From: the human T2T-CHM13v2.0 reference genome, Homo sapiens
DNA length: 64,000 nt
Reading direction: 5' to 3' (one strand)
Assembly (NCBI RefSeq): GCF_009914755.1
Contig: NC_060947.1
Numbering within the stretch: position 1 is the first letter of the stretch; the number at the start of each line of letters is the position of its first letter. Both the position numbers and the translations under genes were made by a program. Under the pieces are notes generated by a model. It did not search any database and was not told where the DNA came from. It saw only the letters and a list, made by a program, of their open reading frames with translations. This document shows positions 13,500 to 33,159 of the stretch, in pieces.

Positions 13500-14128
13500 T
13501 GCCCTTCATGAAATTCTAAGAGGTCCCCCCAGACCCCCTCCCACTGGTGTACATGTCCCGCATAATGTCCCACCACTCTGAGTGTGAGTGGAACCATGGA
13601 TAGGATGGCTATATCACTCCCGTGATTAGGTTAGATTACATGCCAAAGGTGAAGGGATTTTGCAGAGGTGATTAAGGTACCAAATCAATTTGACTTTGCA
13701 TTCATCAAAAAGGAGATTATCCTAGATGGGCATGACTTAATCAGGTGACATCCTCAAAAGCAGGTTCAGGCCTTCTCTGAGCTCAGACATGAGAAGCAAC
13801 AGAGTCGGTCGGTCTCTCCTCCTTTCTCCCCCTACCAACCCGTCTGTTGGTCATTCTCCTGCTAGTCTTGAAGCAGCAAGCAGTCATTATTCCTATAGCT
13901 GCAAGGGAATGTACTGTCAACAAGCAATTGAGCTTGGAAGGGAACCCAACTTCAGACGAGACCCCAGCCCTCACCAACACCTTGACTGCAGCTATATGAG
14001 CTCCTGAGCAGAAAACTCAGCTTAGCTGTTCCTCAACTCCGGACCAAAGGAAACAGTGGGATAATAAATGGGTGTTGCCTTAACTCAGAGTTTCTGATTT
14101 TTGTTATGCAGCAAGGAAACTGACACAA
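13500..14128 (+). mobile_element. MaLR LTR (MLT1F/E-like)
   Basis: aattctaagaggtcccc...gggattttgcagaggtgattaagg...ttgttatgcagcaaggaaactgacaca. Confidence 0.8.
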
Positions 14129-14725
14129 GGAAGCAGAAAATTTATGAACGGGTAAAAGGTCCACTGAAAGGACAAGATAGTCCCACGGAACCAAGTGTGG
14201 AAAGTTCACTGATAAGAGTTTCACACTCCACACTACGCTTAACCTGTAACAAACAACCGCTTTTGTTGGGGCCAAGTTTTGGTGTCCTATCCGAGAAGAT
14301 TATCCACAAGGATCTGAAAAGTCTGTGAAAATATTCCTCCCTTTCCCCACTGCCTATGGGTGTGAGGCCAGATTTCCTTCATATACTTCAACCAAAACAA
14401 CATCTCACGATGGAATAAAGTGCCTGTGAGAAGCCAGCTGCTTCCATCCAGCCAGACATGAGAGAAATCTGCAAAAATGTAACAGCGTGCCGCTCTCCTC
14501 AATACAAGTTTTTGTCTTGCCAAGCATAGTTATTTCTCATAAAAATGTTATTTATGTTAAATGTATGGGTTTAATGTTGTTCATTTTAGATTGATTAATA
14601 AAGTCTTTCAGTTTTAAATTCTAAGATGATGAGTATTGATAAACGTGACCCACATAAGCAAAATCTCTCTTGAGATCTCAATGATTTCAGGAGTCCCCAG
14701 ACCAAAAAAGTTTGAGTACCACCAT
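14129..14725 (+). mobile_element. hAT-Charlie1(a) DNA transposon, right part
   Basis: Charlie1 hallmark ttcatatacttcaaccaaaacaacat and terminal agaccaaaaaagtttgagtaccac. Confidence 0.85.
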
Positions 14726-14837
14726 TATAGGGTTCTCCAGTGGCTTGAAGTGCCTCCAGCTCTGCCAGGCCCAAGCTGGCTCTGGCTCTGTGGGATGATG
14801 TAATTAATGAGACAGAACCAGACCAGGTGGGACTCAC

Positions 14838-14921
14838 CTCCTCCTCCAGCAATTGGTTTCCTGCGGCCATCATCTCGATCATTTCGATCATCCAGGGCAT
14901 CAGCCAAGTCAAAATCATTTC
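14838..14921 (-). CDS. CD99L2: CD99L2 coding exon 6 (84 nt, phase 1-1): (G)NDFDLADALDDRNDRDDGRRKPIAGGG(G), paralog of exon 4
   Basis: catgaag|GAAATGATTTT...GGAGGAG|gtgagt; FDLADALDD motif (ORF 14725..14955). Confidence 0.95.
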
Positions 14922-15049
14922 CTTCATGGGGTCCCAAAATAAAAGAAATACTCAATTAGTTCATCTATGGGTAGCTCATTTGGATCCTGTCTCAGAGGGA
15001 GCCCCATGGGATCCTTGCCTTACTACTCTCCTCAGAGCGGCCACCTTAC

Positions 15050-15118
15050 CTAAAGTATTTGCTGGAGCTCTGGTGGTTACTGGCCTCTTGGTCGTGGTGG
15101 TTACATGGTTCCATCTCT
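15050..15118 (-). CDS. CD99L2: CD99L2 coding exon 5 (69 nt, phase 1-1): (E)RWNHVTTTTKRPVTTRAPANTL(G), paralog of exon 3
   Basis: ccttttag|AGAGATGGAAC...ACTTTAG|gtaagg; within ORF 14976..15182. Confidence 0.95.
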
Positions 15119-17394
15119 CTAAAAGGGGAAGGGAGGACAGCAAAGGGAGCACATTTAGGAACAAAATGCAGCAGCCATTCATGGCTCAGGGAAGTCACAT
15201 CATGAATATTCTTGTCTTGGTCCTTGAGGCTCCTATAGGACCTCTGCAGAATCACTTTGAGACGGATGACAAAGAGATATAAAAGGCTTAAATGAGGTGG
15301 GTTCTGTTCACTTTTCTTCAGGGGATGGGGGTTATGAGGCAGACATAGTCCCACATGTGGCCAGGTAAGTGGCAAAGCTGGGACTTGAGCCCAGATCTGC
15401 GGGAGATGACCACATGGACCGAGGAGTTCTAGAGCTTGAGCTCCAAGCCTTGGTTCCACCACTGTCAACCTGGCACTTGAACTATAGCTAATCCTGCCCA
15501 GGGATGGACAGATTGAGGATGCATTCCCAGTGGACTGTGGTAGTATCTTATACACGGAAAGTGCTTACAACACACACATATATAATTTTATATAACTGTG
15601 GTTACTATTATAAACATCAGGTCTCTGGGCTCAACCAGATTCCTTTCAAATATGGACTTCTTTCACACCAATTACACAGATGGCATTCATGAATTTTCCA
15701 AATGATTCTTCTCTTGAACTTCAGAAGACTGTGCTGTAACTGTTCCCACTATTGAAGTTAATAGAGGGAAAAGACAGAGACAGTGCTGTATACAGCAAGC
15801 ACCTGGGAGAGAAACAGCGATGTATCTGGGGAAAAAACCTAAATGAGTTTTACAGAGCAATAATGTGATATCCAAACTGCCTAGGGACATTTAAAATGTA
15901 TTGCCTATCATTTTTCGATAGACCTTTGGTGTTGTCTGTGGATCAAAGAAATGTAGGTCTGAATCTTCTGCAAAGAAAATACAAAAACAATACAGTAAGT
16001 CAAGTCATAACCCAACAGTTCTCAGATGGAATGAAGAGGGATATTATAAAATGATAAAAGGATCAATCCACCAGGAAGACGTAACAATCCTGAATGTGTG
16101 TGCACCTAACAATAGAGTGTCTAGACACATTAAGTAAAACCTGATAGAGCTAAAAGGAGAAATAAGCAAATGCACATTTATAGTTGGGGACTTCAACACT
16201 CCACTCTCAGCAATTGGTAGAACTACTAGACAGAAAATCTACAAGGATATTGAAGGAGTGAACAATAATCAACCAATGGGATTTAATTGGCACAACAGGA
16301 CACACCAGCCAATTACAGCAGAGTAAACAATTGTTTAAGCACTCACAGAATATTCACCTGAGATCATATTCTGAACCAGGAAATAAACTTCAACAAATTT
16401 AAAAGTATTGAAATTATGCAGAGAGGTATCATTGATTATACTTAATTCAAATTAGAAACAGAGAAGAAACAACAGAAAACAAGAAAATCTCTAAACATTT
16501 GGATATTAAACAACATATTTCTAAATAAAACAAGGGTCAAAGAAAAAGTTTCAAAGGAAATTTTAAAAAATACATAGAACTGTGTGAAAATGAAAACACA
16601 ACATAGCAAAATATGTGGGATCTAAAGCAGTGCAGAGAGAAGTTTATAGCACTCAATGCATAAGTTAGACATGAAGAAGAGCCTCAAATCAATAATCTAA
16701 GTTACTAATTCAAGATGCTAGAAAAAGAAGCTAGCTAGATACTAGAAAAACAAAACCAAAGCAAGCAGATGGAAAAAATAAACACAAGAGCAGAGATCCA
16801 TGAAACTGAAAATAAGAATGCAATACTAAAAAAAAATCAATAAAACCAAAAGTTTATTTATACAGTAAAAAGGGATAAACCGCTAGCCTTACTAACAAAC
16901 ATAAAAGTTAAAAAAGATGATATGCCAATAAAAGGACTGAAATGGGACACTGTAGATCTTGTAACCATTAAAAGAATAATAATGGAATAATATGAACATT
17001 TTTTAGCTCACATATTTGACAACTTGGAAGAAATGGACCAATTTCTCAAAAACCACCAACTATCAAAATACAACCTAATCCTGTGTTCATGGATTAGAAG
17101 ACACTAAATTGTTAAAATGGCAATGCATACTATCTAAAGCAATCTACAGATTCAATGGAATCCCTACCAAAATCCCAATGACATTTGTTGCAGAAATAGA
17201 CAAATTCATCCTAAAATTCACATGGAATTTCAAGGAATCTCAAACAGCCAAAACAATCTAGAAAAAGAACATAGAAGAGTCACACTTCCTGATTTTAAAA
17301 CTTACTACAAAACTACAAATATCACAACACGTGTGGTACTGACATCAAGAACAGACATACAAACCAATGAAATATAATAGGAAGCCCAGAAATA

Positions 17395-18030
<636 letters not shown>

Positions 18031-18383
18031 TCAACAGTATGTCAAGACCATTCGATCGGGGAAAGGACAGTCTTTTCAACAAATGGTGCTGGGAAAATTG
18101 GATAGCCACATGCAAAGGAATGACTTCGGACCCTGACCTATACTACATACAAAAATTAACTCAAAATAGATAGAAGATTCTTAGACATGGTGGCATGAAA
18201 AAAAGAAATAGTTCAAAGACCTAAATATAAAAGCTAAAACTATAAAACTCTCAGGAGAAAATATTATGAAAAAGTTTCATGATACTGGATTTGATGATGA
18301 TTTCCTGGATATGATACCAAAAGCACAGGCAACATCAACAACAAAAACAAAATAAATAAATTGATCTTCATCAAAATTTAAAA

Positions 18384-18678
18384 CTTTTTTTGAGACAGGG
18401 TCTCACTCTGTCACCCAGGCTGGCTGGAGTGCAGTGGCACAATCATGCCACTCAGTGCAACCTCCGCCTTCCAGACTCAAGTGATCCTCTTATCTTAGCC
18501 TTCTGAGTAGCTGGGACTACAGGCGTGCACCACCATGCCCAGCTAATTTTTGCATTTTTTGTACAGACAGGGTTGCCCCATGTTGGCAAAGCTGGTCTCA
18601 AACTCCTGGACTTAAGCCATCCACTTGCCTTGGCATCCCAAAGTGCTGGGATTATAGGCATGTGCACCATGCTCAGCC
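18384..18678 (-). mobile_element. AluJ
   Basis: Antisense dimer; TSD aaaatt(t/a)aaaacttt. Confidence 0.9.
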
Positions 18679-18844
18679 TAAAATTAAAAACTTTTGTGCA
18701 TCAAAGGACAATATCAAGAGAGTAAAAAGATAACTCACAAGAATGGGAGAAAATATTTACAAATCTTACATCCAATAAGGGATTAATATCCATACTATAT
18801 AAAGAACTTATACAAGTCAACAACAACAAAAACCCTGATTTTAA

Positions 18845-19155
<311 letters not shown>

Positions 19156-19957
19156 GGAAAAAAACCAAAAAAGTGGTTTTAAAATGGGCAAAGGACTTGA
19201 ATAGACATATCTTCAAAGAAGATATACAAATGACCAATAAGCACATGAAAAGCTGCTCAGTGTCACTAGTCATTAGGGATATGCAAATAAAAACTGCAAT
19301 GAGATACCAGTTTGCACCCATTGGGATGGCTATTATTAAAAGAAAAATGAAAAATTACAGGTATTGGTGAGGACATGAAGAAATTGGAACCCTGGTATAT
19401 TGCTGGTGGGAATGTAAAATGGTGCAGCTGCTGTGGAAAACAGTTTGGTACTTCCTCAAAATGTGAAACAGAGTTACCATATGATCCAGCAATTCCACTT
19501 CTAGGTCCATACCCATATGAATTGAAAGCAGAGACTCTAACAGAAATCTGTACACCAATGCTCCTAACAGCATTATGCACAACAGCCAAAAGGTGGAAAC
19601 AACACAAATGGCCATCAACATATAAATGGATAAGCAAAATATGGTATATACATATAATGCAATATTATTCAGGCTTAAAAGAAAGAAACTCTGGTACATG
19701 CTGCAACATGGATAAACCTGGAAAACATTACATTAAGTGAAATAAACCAGACACAAAAGAACAAATATTGTGCAATTCTGCTTATAAGAGGTACCTAGAA
19801 TGGGCAAATTCTTAGAGACAGAAAGTATAGCAGAGGTTACCAGGGGCTAGGAGTAAGGAGAAATGAGGAGTTACTGTTGTAGGGGTATAGGGTTTCTAGC
19901 TGGGCTGATGAAAAACTGTTGGAAATGATCATGGTAACAGCTGCATAACATTGTGAA

Positions 19958-20290
19958 TACCGATGATCCTCCATATCCATAGGTTCCACATCCAGAATCA
20001 TGTGTTTGACCAACCATGGATCAAAATATTCAAAGAACAAAAAACAAAAAATAATACAACTATAAAAATAATATAAATTTTTAAAATACAGTATAATAAC
20101 TATTTACATAGCATTATATTGTATTAGGTATTATAAGTAATCTGGAAATGATTTAAGCTATATGGGAGGATATGTGTAGGTTACATGCAAATACTATGCC
20201 ATTTCATATCAGAGAATTGAACATCAAAGGATTTTGGTATTTGCAGGGGGTCCCAGAACCAATGCCCAGCAAATACTAAAGGAGGGACAA
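19958..20290. mobile_element. MER2 (TcMar-Tigger) DNA transposon
   Basis: cctccatatccataggttccacatcc...gtattaggtattataagtaatct...gggtcccagaaccaat. Confidence 0.8.
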
Positions 20291-20379
20291 ATGTCTACTA
20301 AGTACCACTGAATAATACAGTTAAAAATGGTTAAAACAGTAGATTTTATATGTATACTTACCACAATAATAAAAAACTC

Positions 20380-20670
<291 letters not shown>

Positions 20671-20863
20671 ACAAAAAAACCCCAAAAAAACAAAACCTCA
20701 ACCTCCAGGACTTGGTGATTTACCTGGAGAGTTCTACCAAACATTTAAAAAGGAATTATCACCAATTGTATACAATCTCTTCCAGAAAGGAGACAAGAGG
20801 AAATACTTCCCCACTCATTTTGTAAGGCCAGTATTACCCTGGTAACAAACACAGATAAAGACC

Positions 20864-21237
20864 TGTATTAGTTCGTTTTCACACTGATATAAAGATACTG
20901 CCTGAGACAGGGTAATTTATAAAGAAAAGAGGTTTAATTGACTTACAGTTCCTCATGGCTGGGGAGGCCTCAAAAAACTTACGATCATAGTGGAAGGCAA
21001 AAGGGAGATTGGCATCTTCTTCACTTCACAAGGTGGCAGGAGAGAGAGAGGAGCAAAGCGGGAACTGCCAAACACTTTAAAAATCATCAGCTCTTGTGAG
21101 AACTCACTCACTATCGTGAGAACAGCATGGGGAACCATCCCTATGATCCAATCACCTTCCACCAGGTCCCTCCCTAGATGCCTGGGGATTACAATTCGAG
21201 ATGAGATTTGGATGGGGACACAGAGCCAAACCAGATC
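20864..21237 (+). mobile_element. MaLR LTR (MSTA/THE1 type)
   Basis: tgtattagttcgttttcacactgatataaaga...gggacacagagccaaaccagatca; 5-bp TSD agacc. Confidence 0.85.
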
Positions 21238-21879
21238 AAGACCTTATTAAAGAAAAAAAAAACATATAGACTAATGTCTCTCATCAATTTACATGCCAAA
21301 TCTTCAACAAAATATTAGCAAACAGAATAGAATGTATAAAGAGAATTAAACAGCATGAAAAATGGAATTTATTCCAGTCAGGCAAGTTGGATCAATACTT
21401 GAAAATCAACGTAATCTACCCTGTCAACAGGCCAAAGAAGACAAATCACATATCAATGGACATGAAAAAATCTAACACTCATTTATGGAAAAAAAATACT
21501 TTCAGCAAATTAGAAATAAAGGGGAACTATCTCAACTTCATAAAGAACATCTAGAAAACACCTATAGCTATCGTCAGACTTAATGGTGAAAGACTGAATG
21601 CTCTTTCTTTAAGGTCTGAAACACCAAGGACATCACTCTTACCACTCTTATTTAATATGGTACTGAAATGTCTAGCATTGCAATATGAAAAAATATATAC
21701 AGATTGGAAAGGAAGAACTATATATGTTTCTATTTGCAGATGACATGATCATGTACATAGAAAATTCCAAGAAATCTACAAAAAATTTCTAGAATAAGTG
21801 AGTTCAGCAAGGTCTCAGGATACAAGTTCAACAATATTGATCACATATCATAGCAGTGAACATATCAAACCCAAAATTA

Positions 21880-22823
<944 letters not shown>

Positions 22824-24096
22824 AGAAAAGAAAATATTTAAACATACATTTAAACATGTACCGGATCCTCTATACCAAAATTTACAGTGTTCTCAAGAAA
22901 AGACATCAAAGAAGACATAAATCAATTGAGAGACATACCGTATTCATGGATTAGAAGACTCCACAAAGTAAAAATGTCAACTGTCCCAAAATGGATCTAT
23001 GTTTAATACACATCCTATCATAATCCCAGTAAGTTTTTTTCTAGACTAGGCAAAGACAAACTTAATCTAAAATTATATGAAAAGGCACAGGCCCTAGAAG
23101 AACCTTAAAAGAACTTGACAAAGCAGAATAAAGTGGAACAAATCACTCTAACCAATATTAAAGCTGAATTTATAGTTATAGTAATCAGGACTGTGGCAGA
23201 GGGACAGACAGACAGATCAATCAAACAGAATGAAGAGCCCAAAAAGACCCCAAATACACTCAAGTGATTCTTGATAAAGGTACAAAAGCAATTTGATAAA
23301 GCATAGTCTTTTGAACAAACGGTGCTGGAGTAATTGGGCATCAATAGGTAAAAACAATGAATCTCAACCTAATCCTCACACCTTATTAAAAATGAGCTCA
23401 AAATGGATGATCATCTTTACTTAAATATAAAGTTATGAAACTTCAAAAGAAAACATAAAAAAAATCTTTGGGACTGAGAGCTTGGTAAAGAGTTCACACA
23501 ATTGACAACAAAGCCACGTTTCATAAAAAGAAAAATTGATACATCCACCTTGTGAAAATTAAAACATTTCCTCTGTAAAAGACCTGTTTAAGAAGATGAA
23601 AATATTCCATTTTCAACAATGGACAAGTCATCCAGACAGAAAAATCAATAAGGAAACAGCGGGCCAGGACAACACTCTAGACCAAATGGACCTAACAGAC
23701 ATACACAAAACATTCTATCCAACAGCAGCAGAATTCACATTCTTTTCAAGCACACATGGAACATTCTCCAGGATAGGTCACATGTTAGGTCACAGAAAAG
23801 GTCTTAATAAATTTAACAAGATTGAAATCATATCAAGTGTCTTTTCCACCCACAATGGTACAAAACTAGAAGTTTGAACAGAGAATTGGAAAATTCACAA
23901 ATGTGTGGAAATTGAACAACATTCTCCTGAACAACCAACGGGTCAAAGAAGAAATCAAAAGGGAAATCAAAAAAATTTTTGAGACAAATAAAAATAGAAA
24001 CACAACATACCAAAACTTATGAGATGCAGCAAAAGCAGTCCTGAGAGAGAACTTTATAGCAATAAATGCCAACCTAAACAAAAAACAAAGATCTCT

Positions 24097-24845
24097 CCAG
24101 GCACGGTGGCTCATGCCTATAATCCCAGCACTTTGGGAGACCATGGTGGGCAGATCACGAGGTCAGGAGTTCGAGAACAGCCTGGCCAAGAGACCAGCCT
24201 GGCCAACATGGTGAAACCCCATCTCTAGTAGAAACAGATGAAATAAGTAACAGAAGAACAATAAAGTCTATAAAAACAAAAGATGGTTTTTGAAAAGATC
24301 AACAAAATTGACAAACCTTTAGCAAGATTGACAAAGAAAAAGAGAGAGGACTCATTACTGAAATGAGAAATGAAAGAGAGGATATCACTAATGACTTAAT
24401 AGAAATAAAAAAGGATTTTAAGGGAATATCATTGACAAAAGTATGCCAATAAATTGGGCAGCCTAGATGAAATGGACAAACTCCTGGAAAGATATAAACT
24501 ACTGAAGCTGACCCAAGAAGAAATAGAAAATCTGGCCAGGCGTGGTGGCTCATGCCTGTAATCCCAGCACTTTGGGAGGCCGAGGCAGGAGGATCACCTG
24601 AGCACATGAGTTCGATACCAGCCTAGGCAACATGGTGAGACCCTGTCTCTATTAAATTAAATAAAACAAAATAAAAATAAAACTAAAACTCTACTAAAAA
24701 TACAAAAATTAGCCAAGTGTGGTGGCAGATGCCTGTAATCCCAGGAGGCGGAGGTTGCAGTGACCTGAGATGGCGCCATTGCACTCCAGCCTGGGCAACA
24801 GAGCGAGACTCCGACTCAAAACAAACAAACAAACAAACAAACACA
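24097..24845 (+). mobile_element. AluS split by a ~460-bp templated insertion (24227-24691)
   Basis: Left arm stops at catctcta and resumes at ctctactaaaaatac; TSD acaaagatctc. Confidence 0.9.
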
Positions 24846-25896
24846 AAGATCTCAAATAAACAACCCAGCTTTACAACTCAAAGAAAATTAGAAAAAAAAC
24901 CAAAACTGAACTCATAGAAGCATAGAGCAGAATACTGGTGGCCAGGGGCTGGGGTGGGGAGTAGGGAGATGCTAGTCAAAGGGTGCAAAGTTTCAGTTAG
25001 ACAGGAGGAATAAGTTCTGGAGATTTATTATAGAGCAGGGTGACTATAGTTAATAATAATATATTATATACTCAAAAATTGCCAAGAGAGTAGATCTTGA
25101 ATGTTCTCACCACAAAAATATGTTGGTAATGTCTTAACAAACTAAACCTATAACAACCACACAACCCAGCACTCACACAACTTAGCATTTATCCCACAGA
25201 AATGAAGAGTCATATTCACATAAGAACGTGTATGTAAGTGCTTATAATAGTCAAAAACTGGGAGCAACCCAGATGACCTCCAAAAAGCGAATGGTTAAAC
25301 AAACTATGGTACGTCCACACCATGAAATACTGTTCAGTGAGGAAAAGCAACAAATTATTGATATATACGGTGACTCGGAAGGATCTCAAGGGAATTATGT
25401 TGAGTGAGAAAAGCCAGTCCCAAAACAGTATATACTCTGTGATTCCATTTTTGAAATTGCCAAATGCTACAGATGGAGAACAAATTAATGGTTGTCAGGG
25501 GTTAGAGACAGGCAAGGAGTGGGTGGCAAGAGGGAGTGTCTGTGTTTATAAAAGGGCAACAAGAGGGATCTTTGTGGTGATGAAATAGTTCTGTCTAGAC
25601 TGTCATGGTAGATACACATACCCACACAAGTGATAAAACTGCATAGAAGTAAACACACACACACACTCAGTAGAAGTAAAACTGAGGAAATCTGAATAAG
25701 ATCACCAGACTATATCAATGTCAATATCTTGGTTGTGATCTTATACTATAGTTTTGCAGGATGTTACCACTGGGGGAAACTGGGTATGGGGTGCATAGGA
25801 TCTCTCTGTATTATTTCTTACAACTTCATGTGAATTTACAATTACCTCAAAATTAAAAGTCAAATTACCACGATTTGAGCATCAAGGTAATTTCGT

Positions 25897-26100
25897 GTTT
25901 TTTGAGACTGGGTTTCACTCTGTCACCCAGGCTGCAGTGCAGTGGCACGATCATAGCTCACCACAGTGTAGAACTCCCAGGCTCAAGTGATTCTCCCACC
26001 TCAGCCTGCTGAGCAGCTGGGACTACAGGCATGCACCACTACGCCCAGCTAATTTTTTCATCTTCTGTAGAGACGGGGTCTTGCTAAGTTGTCCAGGCTT
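25897..26100 (-). mobile_element. 5'-truncated AluJ
   Basis: TSD atcaaggtaatttc on both sides. Confidence 0.85.
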
Positions 26101-26186
26101 ATCAAGGTAATTTCTGATGCAAAAAAAGGTCTGACATGCAAATGGCTGGTCTGCAGAGACTCAGGAATATCTATTAATTGACACTA

Positions 26187-26551
<365 letters not shown>

Positions 26552-27896
26552 CTAGGAATGAGATGGTATACACAGGCAACTTTCCAGAGAACTAAAGCTT
26601 GTTCCTTCCTATGGCCAATGGTTTGTGTAACACTGATAACCTTCCAGATAGCAAATCTTTACAGAGCAATAGTAAATCTTTACAGAGCAAATAATACAGT
26701 TCTGTCACTTTGACATGAGTATACAGAATACCACCTTTCTTGGGGCCCTGAAGTTACAACTTTTCTGTTATTGCACTGTGCTTACCTGTTAAAGAGAAGT
26801 CCCTTTTTCAGCTTTCTAGATTTTTTAATCTAATCTTCCATTCAGTAGGAGAGCTGCCAAGCAGACCAGCAGGCACTATATATCAAAGCTTGTACTTTTG
26901 ATTTTGAGGTATTCCAACAACTCTTTGGGGCAGGTTGACCTGTTCATGAATAGAGGATTTTCCAGGGTTTCTTTGGCCAAAGCACACCAATTGACCCTAA
27001 ACTCGTCTTTTGGGTCATCAGTACCTTCTCTATGCAGACACTTCTCATGGCAACATGTTGTAGAAGAAAAGGCCCCCAAGGTAAAGCCAGGATCCCTGCA
27101 CTTCAGGCCAGTTGTGCTGCTGGCTTGCAGCGCGACCTTGGACAAGTCCCTCTCATCCAAACAATGAGGGGAAAGGCCTCTCTAGTTCTCCAGTTCTAAT
27201 CTAGAGTTCTTCCTCATTAGTAAAGATCACTTTAATTTTTAAGGTTTATTATAAAGGTAATACTTGCTCAATATAAAAAATACCCAGTGGTGTAGATTAT
27301 AAGAAAAAAAGGCAGCCTCAAATCTATCCCAAGAGGGGGCTGCTCTGTACCTTTTCAGATCTGCCTGCAGGCCTGTGTGTGTGTGCTCACATCCACTTAT
27401 ATTTGATAGAAATTGATTCATACTACATACATCCTGTTCTGTGACTTGCCTTTTTCATGTCAGTTCCAGAGCTCTACCTTATTTTTTGCAATGGCTTCAG
27501 AGTATGAATGGTTTAGAATCTGTATATTTCACTAGTGGGATTTAAGGGTGTTTAATTTTTGGCTGGTACAAAACACAAGAAATCACAAACATCATTTAAA
27601 ATGTACCACTGCACACATGCATACGTATACCTACAGGGAAAATGCTTTGAAGTAGAACTGCTCATTCAAATATTTTACTAAACTGCCCTCTCAAAAGGCT
27701 GCATTAATTTATATTACTTTCTACAGAAGTAAAACTGAAAAGGTGTAGCTTCATACAACAAAAGACATCTAAAGCAACCTTCCTGCCTGCTGTAGCACCA
27801 CAATACATGATTGCTGTACACTGATATCGAAAACATCACTGACCTGAATGAAAACATACTGATGCCACATGGCTGTGTAAGGTCATCTCCACAAAT

Positions 27897-29400
27897 GGTT
27901 GTTCTCAAAGAGTGTTTCAAGGACCCCTGGGCTCCATAGATTATGAAAAACTATTTTCATAATCATGCTTTTATGGGGTTGGCACTTGCACTGTGGTGCA
28001 AAACCAACAATGAGTAAACCTGCTGGCCCTTAGCATGAACCGAGGCAGTGGCACCAAATGGTACTAGGAGTCATCAGATTCTTCACCACTATACAATGGC
28101 AGTTGAAAGAGAATGCCAGTCTTACTTAAGCATGTCCTAGATAAACATGGTAGACAGAATTCTAAGATGGCTGGCAAAATTCCCACCCCCAAGGTATACA
28201 CCCTGCATAATCCTCACTCATGAGCATGGGAGGGACCCATGAATAGGCTGGATATAACTGCTGTGATCAGATTATGACATAGCAGAGGTAAATGGATTTT
28301 GCAGATGCACTTAAGATGTCTTTGACGGGACTCTGAATTACTCAAAAGGGAGATTATTCTGGGTGATTCTAACATAACCAGGTACAGCCTTGAAAAGAGG
28401 GGTTTTACGCCTTCCCTGAGAAGACACTACAGGCAGCAGAAATTTTTGTACACTTGCCAATAGTAAAGAAGGAAGCAGCCGCGAGTTCCGTGATTATCCT
28501 GAATTATCTGGGTGGGGCCAGCAAAATCATAAGAGTCCTTATAAGGGAAAGGAAGAGCAGGAGAGTCAGAGAAGGAGATATGATGATGGAAGCAAAGGTA
28601 AGAGTCAGAGAGAGATTTGAAGCAAAGGTAAGAGTCAGAGAGAGATCTGAAGATGCCACACTGCTGACTTTGAAGATGAAGGAAGTAACCACAAGCCAAG
28701 AAATGCAGGTGGCCTCTATAAGCAGGAAAAGGCAAGGAAATAAATTCTCCCCTAGAGTCTCCAAAAGGAATGGAGCCTGGCTAGCACCTTGATTTTAGCC
28801 CAGGAAGACCCAATTTTGGATTTCTGACCTCAATGATTATAAAATAACAAGTTTATGTTGTTTAAGCAATCAAGTTCATGGTAACTCATTACAAAAGCAA
28901 TATGAAGTAATATAATATCAAACTTCAGACAAGACCCCTAGCCCCAGATGACATCTGAATTGCAACCTTGTATAAGACACTGAGCAGAGGACCCAGCTAC
29001 GTAGGACCCATACTCCTGACCCAGGGAAATTATAAGAGTGAATGAATACTACTTTAACTTGCTAATTTTATGGTAACATGTTATAAAGCAATACAAAATA
29101 AATATCAAAAAGCAGAAAAATAATTTTATTAGAGCTCAACCATGAGACTGGTGGTGATATTAGCAAACATGAGTTTTGAGTATTGGATAAGGAAAAGTGT
29201 CATCATTCAGAAACAACACAACTCACTCAGGGCATCAGTATTTTCCAAACAACCTGTACAGGATGTTACAAAATGGTGAATGGACAAAAGATCCATTCAT
29301 AAGATAAAATAGTCCAATGGGGTTCAATAGTAATGAATGGGGAAAGGTCACTGATGTTACTTAACCTTAAACAATAACTTGCCAATTTTGATGTCTAAAT
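27897..29400 (+). mobile_element. Charlie1(a) left end and internal fragments interrupted by an MLT1F-like LTR (28148-29103), itself containing a second MLT1 LTR (~28485-28912)
   Basis: ggttgttctcaaag...gacccctggg start; tggtagacagaattctaagatgg LTR start; Charlie resumes at aagcagaaaaataattttatt. Confidence 0.75.
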
Positions 29401-29419
29401 GTGCATTTGAACATTAATA

Positions 29420-33060
<3,641 letters not shown>

Positions 33061-33159
33061 GTAGGTAAACAGAAAGTTGAGAATCAAGGGTCATTTTGTC
33101 AAAAAAGTTTTGACACTTAAATGGCTGAACTTCAGCAGCGCAGGGAAACCTAGAAAATA

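Larger units (their letters stand above)
14140..15780. repeat. Intragenic duplication, copy carrying exons 6/5 (paralogous to 33786-37225)
   Basis: Collinear similarity across Charlie1 relic, exon, intron, exon and upstream unique intron; identity ranges from 100% to roughly 75-80% by eye. Confidence 0.95.

Noticed and set aside
14287-14523. Near-identical 78-aa ORFs at 14287..14523 and 33928..34164
   Set aside because: A by-product of the identical tract, antisense to a Charlie1 relic and without ATG; identity extends to silent sites, so no coding constraint is shown
14827-15282. 151-aa hydrophobic + strand ORF resembling a membrane protein, and its paralog at 35513..35800
   Set aside because: Antisense shadow of CD99L2 exons 5/6 and 3; Thr codons read as Val on the opposite strand
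28588-28650. Short tandem duplications (30 bp here; also 26652-26690, 38022-38066, 39706-39757, 272-314)
   Set aside because: Ordinary slippage duplications with two units and no spacers; not CRISPR-like
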